DNA of 50,633 nt from NCBI GenBank assembly GCA_045596985.1, contig JAZODM010000022.1:1-50633 (forward strand), given 5' to 3'. Within the stretch, counting starts at the first letter, position 1. Every line of letters starts with the position of its first letter. The notes below the pieces were generated by a model that was not told the origin of the DNA, ran no database searches, and saw only the letters and a list, made by a program, of their open reading frames with translations. A program made the position numbers and the translations under genes. This stretch comes from Clostridia bacterium. GTDB lineage: Bacteria; Bacillota; Clostridia; UMGS1883. Positions 1 to 8,760 of the stretch are shown here, piece by piece.

Positions 1-43
1 GACAATATCCTACGATTTGTATATAATATAAATTGTAGGATAT
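1..43 (+). promoter_or_regulatory. sigma-A promoter of phd-doc overlapped by a long imperfect palindrome (probable autoregulatory operator)
   Basis: (TT)GACA truncated at 1-4, 17-bp spacer, TATAAT at 22-27; inverted repeat ATATCCTACGATTTGTAT (5-22) / ATATAAATTGTAGGATAT (26-43), 16/18 match. Confidence 0.7.
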
Positions 44-72
44 ATTTATTGTATAAATAATAGGAGGTAGTT

Positions 73-315
73 ATGAATATAAATACTGAAACAATCACAA
101 CTATGACAGAAGCAAATCAGAATTTTTCAAAGGTTGCTAAAGTGGCAGAGAACAACGGTCAGGCTGTTATATTCAAAAACAACAAGCCGAAATTCTTGCT
201 TATTGATGTGGATTCAAATTCATATTTTGATATTTCTGATGATGAAAAAATTGATGTGGCAGCAAAGAGGATTATGAATAGATTTAAACCTGCTTTTGAG
301 GAGTTAGCAAAATGA
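73..315 (+). CDS. phd: Phd/YefM family antitoxin
   Basis: 80 aa with TMTEANQNFSKV...VIFKNNKP Phd-type N-terminus; AGGAGG RBS; 4-nt overlap with a Doc toxin gene. Confidence 0.85.
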   Translation: MNINTETITTMTEANQNFSKVAKVAENNGQAVIFKNNKPKFLLIDVDSNSYFDISDDEKIDVAAKRIMNRFKPAFEELAK

Positions 316-689
316 TTAAATTAAGTAAGGAAAAAGTGCTTTTACTTCACCAACTTATAGCACAAGAAACGGGCGGCGGTGTTGGTGTAAGAGATGTTGG
401 TCTTTTAGAAAGTGCTCTTAATAATGCTTATGCTACTTTTGGTGGTGAAGAACTTTATAAGACTAAAGAAGAAAAAGCGGCTAGTCTTGGATTTTCGTTA
501 ATATCTAATCATGCATTTGTTGATGGAAATAAAAGAATTGGTGTTTATGTTATGCTTACTTTTTTAGAGGCGGAAGGCATAAAAATGAATTGCACAAATG
601 AAGAGGTTGTAGATTTTGGTTTATCGGTTGCTTCGGGCGATATGAAATATGACGAGATTTTAGAATGGATAAATAAATTTAAAAAATAA
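312..689 (+). CDS. doc: Doc/Fic family toxin (death-on-curing)
   Basis: Doc-type Fic motif HAFVDGNKRIG; GVRDVGLLESAL N-terminal motif; 125 aa. Confidence 0.92.
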   Translation: MIKLSKEKVLLLHQLIAQETGGGVGVRDVGLLESALNNAYATFGGEELYKTKEEKAASLGFSLISNHAFVDGNKRIGVYVMLTFLEAEGIKMNCTNEEVVDFGLSVASGDMKYDEILEWINKFKK

Positions 690-701
690 TTTTTTTAATC
701 C

Positions 702-759
702 GGTCTTGACACGAACTTGACATCAAAAAGGTTTGCATCTAAACCTTATGTGTCGCAAT
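702..759 (+). repeat. Module-boundary repeat, copy 1 (putative recombination site)
   Basis: GGTC-TTGACACGAAC(706-716)-N18-GCATCTAAACCTTATG(735-750)-TGTCGCAAT; 732-759 matches 7937-7964 at 26/28. Confidence 0.85.
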
Positions 760-825
760 TGATAGGTGGACAAACATGCTCGTGGATAGAATGAAATGAA
801 AATTAATTAAAATATGCTTTGCATC

Positions 826-854
826 TTGATTTTCAGCGAGAAACATGTTAAAAT
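826..854 (+). promoter_or_regulatory. sigma-A-like promoter upstream of the membrane protein/GT2/SLH operon
   Basis: TTGATT-N17-TAAAAT with extended -10 TG; a second candidate TTGACA-N17-CAAAAT at 906-934. Confidence 0.45.
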
Positions 855-1007
855 ATTCTAGAATTGAGATTTGTGAAAAAATCAAGAAAATTTTAAAGAA
901 GGGGCTTGACAGGTATGCTTGCAGGATGCAAAATCGTTCATACACACATACATATGACAGAGTCCGCCTTTTCTTCGTATATCACAAATAAAATACAAGT
1001 TGAGAAT

Positions 1008-1059
1008 AAACCCGCTTGCGAAGCATTTTAAGATGTTCCGCAGGTGGTTTTTGCTTTTT
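1008..1059 (+). terminator. Terminator-like hairpin in the 5' leader (possible attenuator)
   Basis: AAACCCGCTTGCG...CGCAGGTGGTTT stem (G-U pairs, one bulge) followed by TTGCTTTTT, about 40 nt before the TTG start at 1091. Confidence 0.5.
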
Positions 1060-1090
1060 GGGAAAAAGGCATTTTTTAGGGGGTGGTTCC

Positions 1091-2395
1091 TTGATAAGAA
1101 AAATTTTGCGCAGTGTGGCAAAGCATACAGTAGTTTTTGCTGTAGTGTTGTTCCTGTTGTGGCTGCTTTTGTTTCTGTCAGCACTGATACCCAATGACGC
1201 AATTCGGGACAATATGGAAAAGAGTGCGCTTGCCTATAAAGAGCGAACCGCCTTTGAATTTACAAGCGGTGATAAGCTCAATTCCGTTGCAGACCACTAT
1301 GCGGATTCAATATGGCTGAATGTTTCGTGGAATATGGGCGAAGGCAATCAGCTTGTATCTTCAATCCGCACAAATTATTATGATGGCGGAGAGCTTGGCG
1401 AAAATGCAGGACTGTATCTTTCGGTAACGCAAGGAGCAGCGCCGAATAACGACTACACACGCTATTGGCACGGAACGGCAATGTTTATACGGCTCGGACA
1501 TCTATTTACCGATGTTGAAGGCGTGAGGCTAATCGGATTTATTGCCTTCCTGCTTCTTGTCGGGCTATCGCTTTTTATCTTTGCACGAAAAAAGCATTGG
1601 GATTTAGCGGTAATACTGGCTCTGTCGCTTGCAGCGGTGCAGATATGGAACATCAGGCTGAGTATGGAATATCAACCGGCATTTATCCTTGCCTTTGTGC
1701 TTATTCCGTTGTTTCTCGTTTTGGAACGGCGAGGCGATAAATGGCTGACGATATTAAGCATTGTAAGCGGAACGACAGTTGCGTTCTTTGATTTTCTCAC
1801 AACCGAAACGGTAACAATACTGCTTCCACTCGCTCTTGTGATTGCAGTGAGGGCAAAGGAAGATAGACTTGGCAGCTTAAAGGAAAATCTGCTTCTGCTC
1901 TTAAAATGCGGACTATGCTGGGGCTTTGCCTACGGCGGAGCATTTATAGTTAAATGGCTTGTTGCAAGTATGGTAACAAATGCTAATGCATTTGAAACGG
2001 CTCTTTCTTCCGCTATGGAGCGTATGGGAAATAAGGTGGAAATGTATGCTGACAAGCCAAAATCAATTCTTTCTTCCCTTGCGGCAAATTTGTCAATGCT
2101 CTTTGGAAGTGAAATAAGAGTTGATGCAGGACGGACAGCATTCGGAATAATATTTACTATCCTGATTTTATTGTCCGTTTGGTATCTGTTCAGAGGCAAG
2201 CAAAAGAAACCTGCTGCGGCATTATTGCTGCTTGGACTTGGATTTCTTGTACTGATAAGATGTCTGGTATTAAATAACCATTCATACCTGCATTGCTTTT
2301 TTACATACAGAGCACTTGCGACGATGGTGTTTGCCCTGCTTTCGGCAATGTGGCTGAACATCGAGCTGCCTCAAAGGAAAGGGCGGCGGAAATGA
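1091..2395 (+). CDS. Multi-pass membrane protein, probable GT-C-like glycosyltransferase
   Basis: About 10-11 hydrophobic segments, large loop after TM1 with DYTRYWHGT, FFDFLTTET motif; coupled to a GT2 gene; start moved to TTG 1091 after AGGGGGTGG RBS. Confidence 0.6.
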   Translation: MIRKILRSVAKHTVVFAVVLFLLWLLLFLSALIPNDAIRDNMEKSALAYKERTAFEFTSGDKLNSVADHYADSIWLNVSWNMGEGNQLVSSIRTNYYDGGELGENAGLYLSVTQGAAPNNDYTRYWHGTAMFIRLGHLFTDVEGVRLIGFIAFLLLVGLSLFIFARKKHWDLAVILALSLAAVQIWNIRLSMEYQPAFILAFVLIPLFLVLERRGDKWLTILSIVSGTTVAFFDFLTTETVTILLPLALVIAVRAKEDRLGSLKENLLLLLKCGLCWGFAYGGAFIVKWLVASMVTNANAFETALSSAMERMGNKVEMYADKPKSILSSLAANLSMLFGSEIRVDAGRTAFGIIFTILILLSVWYLFRGKQKKPAAALLLLGLGFLVLIRCLVLNNHSYLHCFFTYRALATMVFALLSAMWLNIELPQRKGRRK

Positions 2396-3084
2396 TGGAA
2401 TTTACATTTTTAATGCCCTGTCTCAATGAAGCGGAAACATTGGAGTTTGCAATAAACGAAGCCAAAAGTGCCATAGAGCGATTAAAGCTCGATGCGGAAA
2501 TTTTAATTGCCGACAACGGCTCGGTGGACAACTCGGCAGAAATTGCAATAAAAAACGGTGCGAGAGTTACAAACGTAGAAAAGCGTGGCTACGGCTCGGC
2601 ACTAATAGGTGGTATCAAAGCTGCCAAAGGAAAATATATCATAATGGGCGATTGTGACGGAAGCTATGATTTTGCACATCCCGATTTGTTTGTGCAGGAG
2701 CTAAGGAAAGGTGCAAAGCTCGTTATGGGAGACCGCTTCAAGGGTGGAATTGAAAAAGGCGCAATGTCTTTCAGTCACAAATGGGGTATCCCGTTTCTCT
2801 CGGCATTAGCAAGGTGGCGGTTTAAGACAGACATCCGCGATTTCCACTCAGGAATGCGTGGCTTTGACAGAGAAACTGCATTAAAACTTAATCTTGTCTG
2901 TCCCGGTATGGAATTTGCGACCGAAATGATTGCAAGGTTTGCACAAAGCAGAGAAAAAATTGTGCAGGTTCCGACACCATTAAGATGCGACAGACGCTCC
3001 GGTGAGCCTCACCTTCGCACAGTAAGGGACGGCTTCCGTCATTTGAAATTTATATTGTTTAATAAATTGGAGGTAAGAAAATGA
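2392..3084 (+). CDS. Family 2 glycosyltransferase (DPM1/GtrB-like polyprenol-phosphate sugar synthase)
   Basis: FLMPCLNE, IADNGSVD, GYGSAL, MGDCDGSYD (DxD), DFHSGMRGF, GMEFATEM; ATGA overlap at 2392. Confidence 0.88.
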   Translation: MMEFTFLMPCLNEAETLEFAINEAKSAIERLKLDAEILIADNGSVDNSAEIAIKNGARVTNVEKRGYGSALIGGIKAAKGKYIIMGDCDGSYDFAHPDLFVQELRKGAKLVMGDRFKGGIEKGAMSFSHKWGIPFLSALARWRFKTDIRDFHSGMRGFDRETALKLNLVCPGMEFATEMIARFAQSREKIVQVPTPLRCDRRSGEPHLRTVRDGFRHLKFILFNKLEVRK

Positions 3085-6000
3085 AAAAACGATTGAAAGG
3101 ACTTGCCTGCTGGTGGTTAGTTCTTGTAATGCTGGTCAGTACGCTGGCAACTCCGGCTATGGCAGCATCGTCCAACTGGATATACATATATTCCGGAACA
3201 GAGCCGTTGACCTCCGGGGATATACTACTTGTAGTTTCGGATGTTGAGAGCCTAACAGTTCCCGAAGGTGGAGATATATCCACATTAGCGGCATCTTCGG
3301 AGGGCGCAACGCTGACAGGATGGAACCTTTGGGAATTTTCGGGTGACTACGGCAGCGGTTTTGTTAGAATTGCAAATAAACAGTGGACAGAGGACGCAGA
3401 CTATACACTCACCGCTGACGATATCACCAACTACGCAAACGGAAAGTGTTTTGTTTTTGAGCCGCTGTATGAGTACTATGCAGATGTTGGTGTTTACATC
3501 GGTACGGATATACTTAGTAGCTATACTTCCGTTGATTCAGACGATATTAATAATCGACAAATCGCTCTTGATTCTGCTCTCAATGAACAAGATACGCTTT
3601 CAGACCGTGCAACAAATAACCTTATCGGCTGGAAACTTTGGGAGGTTGATTCGGGACGTACGCAGGATTATGATTTTATCGAAGCTGATGGAACACTGCT
3701 TTCTGTGGATAATGATGTAAGAAACCCACTTCTTGAAGCAATGTATGCAACTGCAGGTGTTGCAACAAATGACGAACCGCTTAGTGCAGATTCCACACCG
3801 GAATTTAACTGGGAAAAGCCGATATACTTAAACCTTGGTGAAGCACTCAATAAACAAAGTGATGTTATGGATGCTCTTGAAACTCCCGCAGGAAAGGTGC
3901 TTGACGGCTGGAAGCTTTGGAAATTCGGCGATAGCGGCTGGGTTCATGAAGTAGAAAATATCAGTCCGAAACCAGTTGCGAGCGATTATGCTGTTACCTA
4001 TGAGGATGTTACAACCATTGGTGACATTGACTACGACTATTTTCTGATTCTTGAACCGCAATGGACATCCGCACCTCCCCATGAACACCCCGTTTGCGGA
4101 GAAGAGCATACCGACATTGGCGACCACGCGGGCGAGTGTGCGAATGTCGAGTGGACAGCGTGGGACGGCAAGACATCTTTCCCCGGCGGCAGTGTGTATC
4201 TGACCAAAGATATTCCCCTTACTATTACCCTTACCATTTCCAGCGGCACGGTCAACCTCTGCCTGAACGGACAAAGCATAAATGTCGAGAACAAAGCGGC
4301 TATCACGGTCTCAAGTGGTGCGACGCTGAATATCTGCGACTGTACAGGCGGTGGAACGATCAATGCCCCTGGCTCGTTTGGCTACGGCATTTATAGCGGT
4401 TTTGGCAATTCCATCGTCAATATCTACGGTGGCACGATTACCTCCGATAACAACGGCGTCTACAATAAAGGCGAGGTTACCGTGTGCGGCGGTCAAATTA
4501 CTTCCACCAACGGCAGTGCAGTAAACAACGATGCTGGTACCGTAACTGTCTGCGGCGGTACGATAAATGGTAAGACCAGAGGCATCTATAACAACGGCAC
4601 ACTGTATCTTGAAGGTGCGCCAGCCATCACCAGCAACACCGACGGTATCTATCTTGCAAGCGGCAAGGTCATCAACATCGGTGAGGGTGGTCTGAGTAAT
4701 ACCGTGGCGTATACTGTGAAAACAGTCAGTGATCCCACAACAGATGCACCGATAAAGATCGTTGCGGAAAACGACACGGATTACAGTGCAAAGTTTGCGC
4801 CTGTTAATACAAACAGCTATCGAGTTGTCCGTGGTGATGATGACTGCCTTTATCTGGCGGTGAAGCCTAAAACCTATACCGTTTCCTTTGACGCAAACGG
4901 CGGCAGTGGTACAATGGCAGAGCAGACAATCAATTTTGGTACTGCAACCGCACTTTCTGAAAACACCTTTACAAGAACAGGTTACACATTTGCAGGCTGG
5001 AATACAAACGCAGACGGCACAGGTACAGACTATGCCGACAAAGCATCGGTAACAGATATTGCAAGTGCAGGCGAAAGCATAACACTTTACGCAAAATGGA
5101 GCAAAATTCCGGCAACAGCACCGAGAATTACATCTGCTCCTCAGGGCTTTGAGGGTGCAAACGCTTTAACCTACGGAAGCATTGGTGCAGATAAAAAGTT
5201 AAGCGTTGCGACAGATGCAGATGAAAATGAATATACCGTTACATATCAGTGGTATAAAAACACTCAAAACTCCAAAGACGGTGCAACCGCTGTTTCAGAC
5301 GGCACATCAAAAGACCTTGCGGTTGAAAGTGGTCTTGTAGCAGGAGATTATTACTACTACTGCAAAATTACCGTTACGAGAAAAGACAACGATGAAGCTA
5401 CAACAGTTGATACCGATTTGGTAAAGGTTACTGTGAACAAAGCAACACCGGGCATTTCCGCACCTACGGCAAAGACAGGTCTTGTATATGACGGAACTGA
5501 TAAGGCTCTTGTAAATGCAGGAACAACCACCGGCGGTGAAATGCAGTACAGCCTTGACGGAAATACTTGGGGAACTGCAATTCCGCAAGGCAATTCAGCA
5601 GGCTCATATACAGTTTATTACAAGGTTGTCGGCGGAGATAACTACAATGATAACGAGGGCGGAACTGTTAATGTAACTATTTCCAAAGCGTCGCAAAGCG
5701 CTCCTGAAACGCCCGTTGCGGTTAATGAAACAATCAAGGCAAAAGCAGATGGTAAGCTGACAGGTGTAACATCCGATATGGAATACAAGCTTGAAGGTGC
5801 GAGCGAATATACTGCAATTTCTGAAACTGAAATCGCAAACCTTGCCGCAGGGACCTACCTTGTAAGATACAAAGAAGATGCTAATCATTTTGCAGGTACG
5901 GATAAAAAGGTTATCATTGAAGACGGTGCTATGATTACCGCAACCTTTAACTCAAACGAAGGTACAGCGGTAGAGAGCAAGACATGCGAATATAATCAGT

Positions 6001-7730
6001 CGATTACTGCTCCGGCTGAACCCACAAAAGAAAACTTTGTGTTTGCAGGATGGTATAAGGATAAAGAATGCCTTAACCTTTGGAATTTCAATAGCATATT
6101 GACAGAAGATATTACCCTTTATGCAAAATGGAATGACAAGCCTGTTTACTCCATCAGCGGCAGAGTGACAGATGGTGAATCCGGTCTTGGCGGTATTACT
6201 GTAACATTAAAGCAAGGCAATACCATTATTGCAACAACCACAACAGCAGCAGACGGCAGTTATTCATTCATTACGGAGGACGGACTTTATAACATCGTTG
6301 CTGAAAAGGTAGAAAACGATAACAGCACCATAAAGACTGTTAAAATCGAAGTAACTGAAAGTACTAATGTAAATGATGTTGTATTCGTTGCAACTGACAT
6401 TAATTCCGAGCTTGAAATCAAATCTGATACACCTCAGATTATTGTCGGTGGACTTGATGAAGAAGCACAGTCTGTATCATCTAGTAATGGTAATGCCGAT
6501 GTTACGGTGAAAATGACCGTTGAAAGCCAAGAAGACATAACCGGTAGCAATAACGTTGAGGGACAACAGCAGAGACAGAATGAGCAGAAAGAAATAAAGA
6601 AAGAGTCCGGCAACAGATATATTCAGTTTATTGAAATCAACCTAACACAAAGCATCAGCGGGGCAGAAAGCACGAAGTTGGAGGAAACCTCCGGTCTTAT
6701 TGAAATTATTATTCCTTTTGAAAAAGGCGATAAGAGAAACATTACAGTTTATCGTTATCACGGCTCTGTTGCTGAAAAACTTGGCGAAGGTATCGAAAAT
6801 GCCAATAGTGACGGCGAGTATTTCGAGGTAAAAGAAAATCACATCGTTGTATATGCAAAGAAATTTTCCACCTATGCAATTGGTTATGATTTGCCGAGCG
6901 GAGGCGGTGGTTCTTCCGTAACACGCTACACTGTTAAATTCGATACAGACGGCGGAAGCAGTGTATCAAGTGCGACAGTTACTAAAAATGCAAAAGTTAC
7001 CGAGCCGAAAGCTCCTGAAAAAGAAGGCTATACATTTGGTGGTTGGTACACAGATGAAGAGCTTACCGAAAAGTATGACTTTGACAGCAAGGTAACTAAG
7101 AACTTCACTCTCTTTGCTAAGTGGGATAAGCACGATGATGAGCAGCCCGGCACAGACACACATAACTGCCCGTCATTGGCATTTGATGATCTTGACATTA
7201 CAAAGTGGTATCACCTTGACACCGACTATGTAATCGAAAATGGTATCTTTAAGGGAACAACGGAAACAACCTTTGAACCCAATTCTGCTCAGACAAGAGC
7301 AATGATGGTTACAGTTCTTTATCGTGCAGAGGGCGAGCCTGCTGTAAACCGCAGTATTCCTTTCGCAGATGTGGATATGGGGGCATATTATGCAAATGCA
7401 GTTATCTGGGGACAACAGAATGGAATCATCAAAGGCTATTCCGAAACAGAGTTCGGTCCTGATGATAAGATTACCCGTGAACAGATTGCGGCAATTATGC
7501 ATCGCTACGCACAGTACAAGGGAATAGATGTGAGCGTAGGAGAAAATACAAATATCCTCTCTTATGACGATTTTGACAGCATTTCCGAGTACGCAATTCC
7601 TTCAATACAATGGGCTTGCGGTTCAGGTCTTATTAAAGGCAGAACTGAAAGCACACTCAATCCGAAAGATAATGCTACAAGAGCAGAAATAGCAGCGATA
7701 CTTCACAGATTTATTGAATCGAATAAGTAA
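3081..7730 (+). CDS. Large secreted S-layer-homology (SLH) surface protein with InlB B-repeats, beta-helix-like region and Ig-like domains
   Basis: Signal peptide ending AMA; B-repeats (YTVSFDANGG...GYTFAGW...LYAKW, three clear copies); three C-terminal SLH motifs (TRAMMVT, ITREQIAAI, ATRAEIAAI). Confidence 0.88.
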   Translation: MKKRLKGLACWWLVLVMLVSTLATPAMAASSNWIYIYSGTEPLTSGDILLVVSDVESLTVPEGGDISTLAASSEGATLTGWNLWEFSGDYGSGFVRIANKQWTEDADYTLTADDITNYANGKCFVFEPLYEYYADVGVYIGTDILSSYTSVDSDDINNRQIALDSALNEQDTLSDRATNNLIGWKLWEVDSGRTQDYDFIEADGTLLSVDNDVRNPLLEAMYATAGVATNDEPLSADSTPEFNWEKPIYLNLGEALNKQSDVMDALETPAGKVLDGWKLWKFGDSGWVHEVENISPKPVASDYAVTYEDVTTIGDIDYDYFLILEPQWTSAPPHEHPVCGEEHTDIGDHAGECANVEWTAWDGKTSFPGGSVYLTKDIPLTITLTISSGTVNLCLNGQSINVENKAAITVSSGATLNICDCTGGGTINAPGSFGYGIYSGFGNSIVNIYGGTITSDNNGVYNKGEVTVCGGQITSTNGSAVNNDAGTVTVCGGTINGKTRGIYNNGTLYLEGAPAITSNTDGIYLASGKVINIGEGGLSNTVAYTVKTVSDPTTDAPIKIVAENDTDYSAKFAPVNTNSYRVVRGDDDCLYLAVKPKTYTVSFDANGGSGTMAEQTINFGTATALSENTFTRTGYTFAGWNTNADGTGTDYADKASVTDIASAGESITLYAKWSKIPATAPRITSAPQGFEGANALTYGSIGADKKLSVATDADENEYTVTYQWYKNTQNSKDGATAVSDGTSKDLAVESGLVAGDYYYYCKITVTRKDNDEATTVDTDLVKVTVNKATPGISAPTAKTGLVYDGTDKALVNAGTTTGGEMQYSLDGNTWGTAIPQGNSAGSYTVYYKVVGGDNYNDNEGGTVNVTISKASQSAPETPVAVNETIKAKADGKLTGVTSDMEYKLEGASEYTAISETEIANLAAGTYLVRYKEDANHFAGTDKKVIIEDGAMITATFNSNEGTAVESKTCEYNQSITAPAEPTKENFVFAGWYKDKECLNLWNFNSILTEDITLYAKWNDKPVYSISGRVTDGESGLGGITVTLKQGNTIIATTTTAADGSYSFITEDGLYNIVAEKVENDNSTIKTVKIEVTESTNVNDVVFVATDINSELEIKSDTPQIIVGGLDEEAQSVSSSNGNADVTVKMTVESQEDITGSNNVEGQQQRQNEQKEIKKESGNRYIQFIEINLTQSISGAESTKLEETSGLIEIIIPFEKGDKRNITVYRYHGSVAEKLGEGIENANSDGEYFEVKENHIVVYAKKFSTYAIGYDLPSGGGGSSVTRYTVKFDTDGGSSVSSATVTKNAKVTEPKAPEKEGYTFGGWYTDEELTEKYDFDSKVTKNFTLFAKWDKHDDEQPGTDTHNCPSLAFDDLDITKWYHLDTDYVIENGIFKGTTETTFEPNSAQTRAMMVTVLYRAEGEPAVNRSIPFADVDMGAYYANAVIWGQQNGIIKGYSETEFGPDDKITREQIAAIMHRYAQYKGIDVSVGENTNILSYDDFDSISEYAIPSIQWACGSGLIKGRTESTLNPKDNATRAEIAAILHRFIESNK

Positions 7731-7744
7731 ATAGCACAACTTTC

Positions 7745-7774
7745 AAGGGCATACCGCAACTTAGGTATGCCCTT
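7745..7774 (+). terminator. Intrinsic terminator after the SLH gene
   Basis: AAGGGCATACC-loop-GGTATGCCCTT perfect 11-bp stem. Confidence 0.75.
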
Positions 7775-7821
7775 AATTTATAAAATCATATTGTTCAATC
7801 TGGGAAATTTGTTTGTAATTA

Positions 7822-7850
7822 TTGTTTAAATGTTTTGTTTATGATATAAT
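7822..7850 (+). promoter_or_regulatory. sigma-A promoter pointing across repeat copy 2 into the phosphatase gene
   Basis: TTGTTT-N17-TATAAT with TGn extended -10 (TGATATAAT 7842-7850). Confidence 0.6.
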
Positions 7851-7893
7851 AATTAGAAAGTGCTTTAAGTAATATTAAAAAGCAGGTTAGAGA

Positions 7894-7964
7894 GATTTTT
7901 TGGTCCTAACACGACATGAACATGTCACCCAAAAGATTTGCATCTAAACCTTATGCCTCGCAAT
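7894..7964 (+). repeat. Module-boundary repeat, copy 2
   Basis: GATTTTTTGGTC-N5-ACGACATGAAC(7911-7921)-N18-GCATCTAAACCTTATG(7940-7955)-CCTCGCAAT. Confidence 0.85.
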
Positions 7965-8027
7965 ATAAAGAATGTCGAATATTATAGAAAAATGGGTTTT
8001 ATCACAAAAACAATCAGGAGGAATATT

Positions 8028-8669
8028 ATGGCAACATTACTTTTGGTGAGACATGGCGAAAGTGAAGCGAATAGAAGTGGTACTTTTGCCGGACAGACAG
8101 ATGTACAACTGCTGCACAAAGGGATAGAGCAGGCGAGGAAAACAGCGGAATACATAGCAGAACATTATACCGTAAGCAGGGTGTATGCAAGTGATTTGAA
8201 GCGCGCTTACAAAACCGGAAGAGTGATTTCCGATTTGTTGCAAGTTGATTTGATTTCGAATGAAAAACTGCGAGAAATCAATGCAGGAGAATGGCAGGGG
8301 AAGATGTTTGATGAACTTGTTGCCAACTATCAGGAAGATTATGCTTGTTGGCTTAGTGATATTGGAAACTGTACTTGTACCGGTGGGGAAAGTGTAAAAC
8401 AACTGGGAGTGCGTGTTGTAGAAGCGCTGACGGACATCGCAGAAGATAACATTGGAAAAACGGTGGTGATTGCAACACATGCCACGCCGATACGTGTACT
8501 GCAATGCCTTCTGCAGGGCCTTTCTCTTGATGCTATGAAAGATATACCTTGGGTTTCCAATGCATCTGTCACGGAATTGACTTATGAAAGCGGGAAATGG
8601 AACTTTGTTAATGTTGGAGAAGACAAACATTTATCGGAACTGAAGACGTCTTTCCCTGCCAATGTATAA
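8028..8669 (+). CDS. Histidine phosphatase (phosphoglycerate mutase family)
   Basis: LVRHGES, YASDLKRA, LREINAGEWQG, GGES, IATHA, NASVT motifs; start at ATG 8028 after AGGAGG. Confidence 0.9.
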   Translation: MATLLLVRHGESEANRSGTFAGQTDVQLLHKGIEQARKTAEYIAEHYTVSRVYASDLKRAYKTGRVISDLLQVDLISNEKLREINAGEWQGKMFDELVANYQEDYACWLSDIGNCTCTGGESVKQLGVRVVEALTDIAEDNIGKTVVIATHATPIRVLQCLLQGLSLDAMKDIPWVSNASVTELTYESGKWNFVNVGEDKHLSELKTSFPANV

Positions 8670-8710
8670 AATGTAAGGATATGGTTTCATTGTGTTGAGC
8701 GATGTTTAAA

Positions 8711-8753
8711 GTTTGGTGATGACTTGACGCGAACTACAAAGTGGGAAGCATCT
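8711..8753 (+). repeat. Module-boundary repeat, copy 3 (partial: left box plus GCATCT only)
   Basis: CTTGACGCGAACT (8723-8735, 12/13 to copy 1); box-to-core gap 13 bp, then GCATCT (8748-8753); diverges afterwards (GAATTCA). Confidence 0.55.
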
Positions 8754-8760
8754 GAATTCA

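Noticed and set aside
706-750. Boundary repeat as a sigma-A/ECF promoter or SOS box
   Set aside because: TTGACA has no -10 at 17 bp; the GAACTT-to-TCTAA spacing (19 bp) is too long for ECF promoters; GAAC is not followed by N4-GTTC/T. A regulatory role is not fully excluded.
735-759. Boundary repeat as a canonical integron attC
   Set aside because: ATCTAAAC resembles the RYYYAAC inverse core but has an extra A, and there is no matching GTTRRRY or long foldable hairpin.
818-826. TTTGCATCT as another repeat copy
   Set aside because: Only 9 bp match, with no upstream box and no AAACCTTATG; compatible with chance.
739-1212. Short ORFs between doc and the membrane protein gene
   Set aside because: No RBS or family motifs; the region is better explained by the repeat, promoters and leader hairpin.
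7938-8027. N-terminal extension MHLNLMPRN... of the histidine phosphatase
   Set aside because: It is a translation of the repeat core; the RBS and the RHG motif position support ATG 8028.
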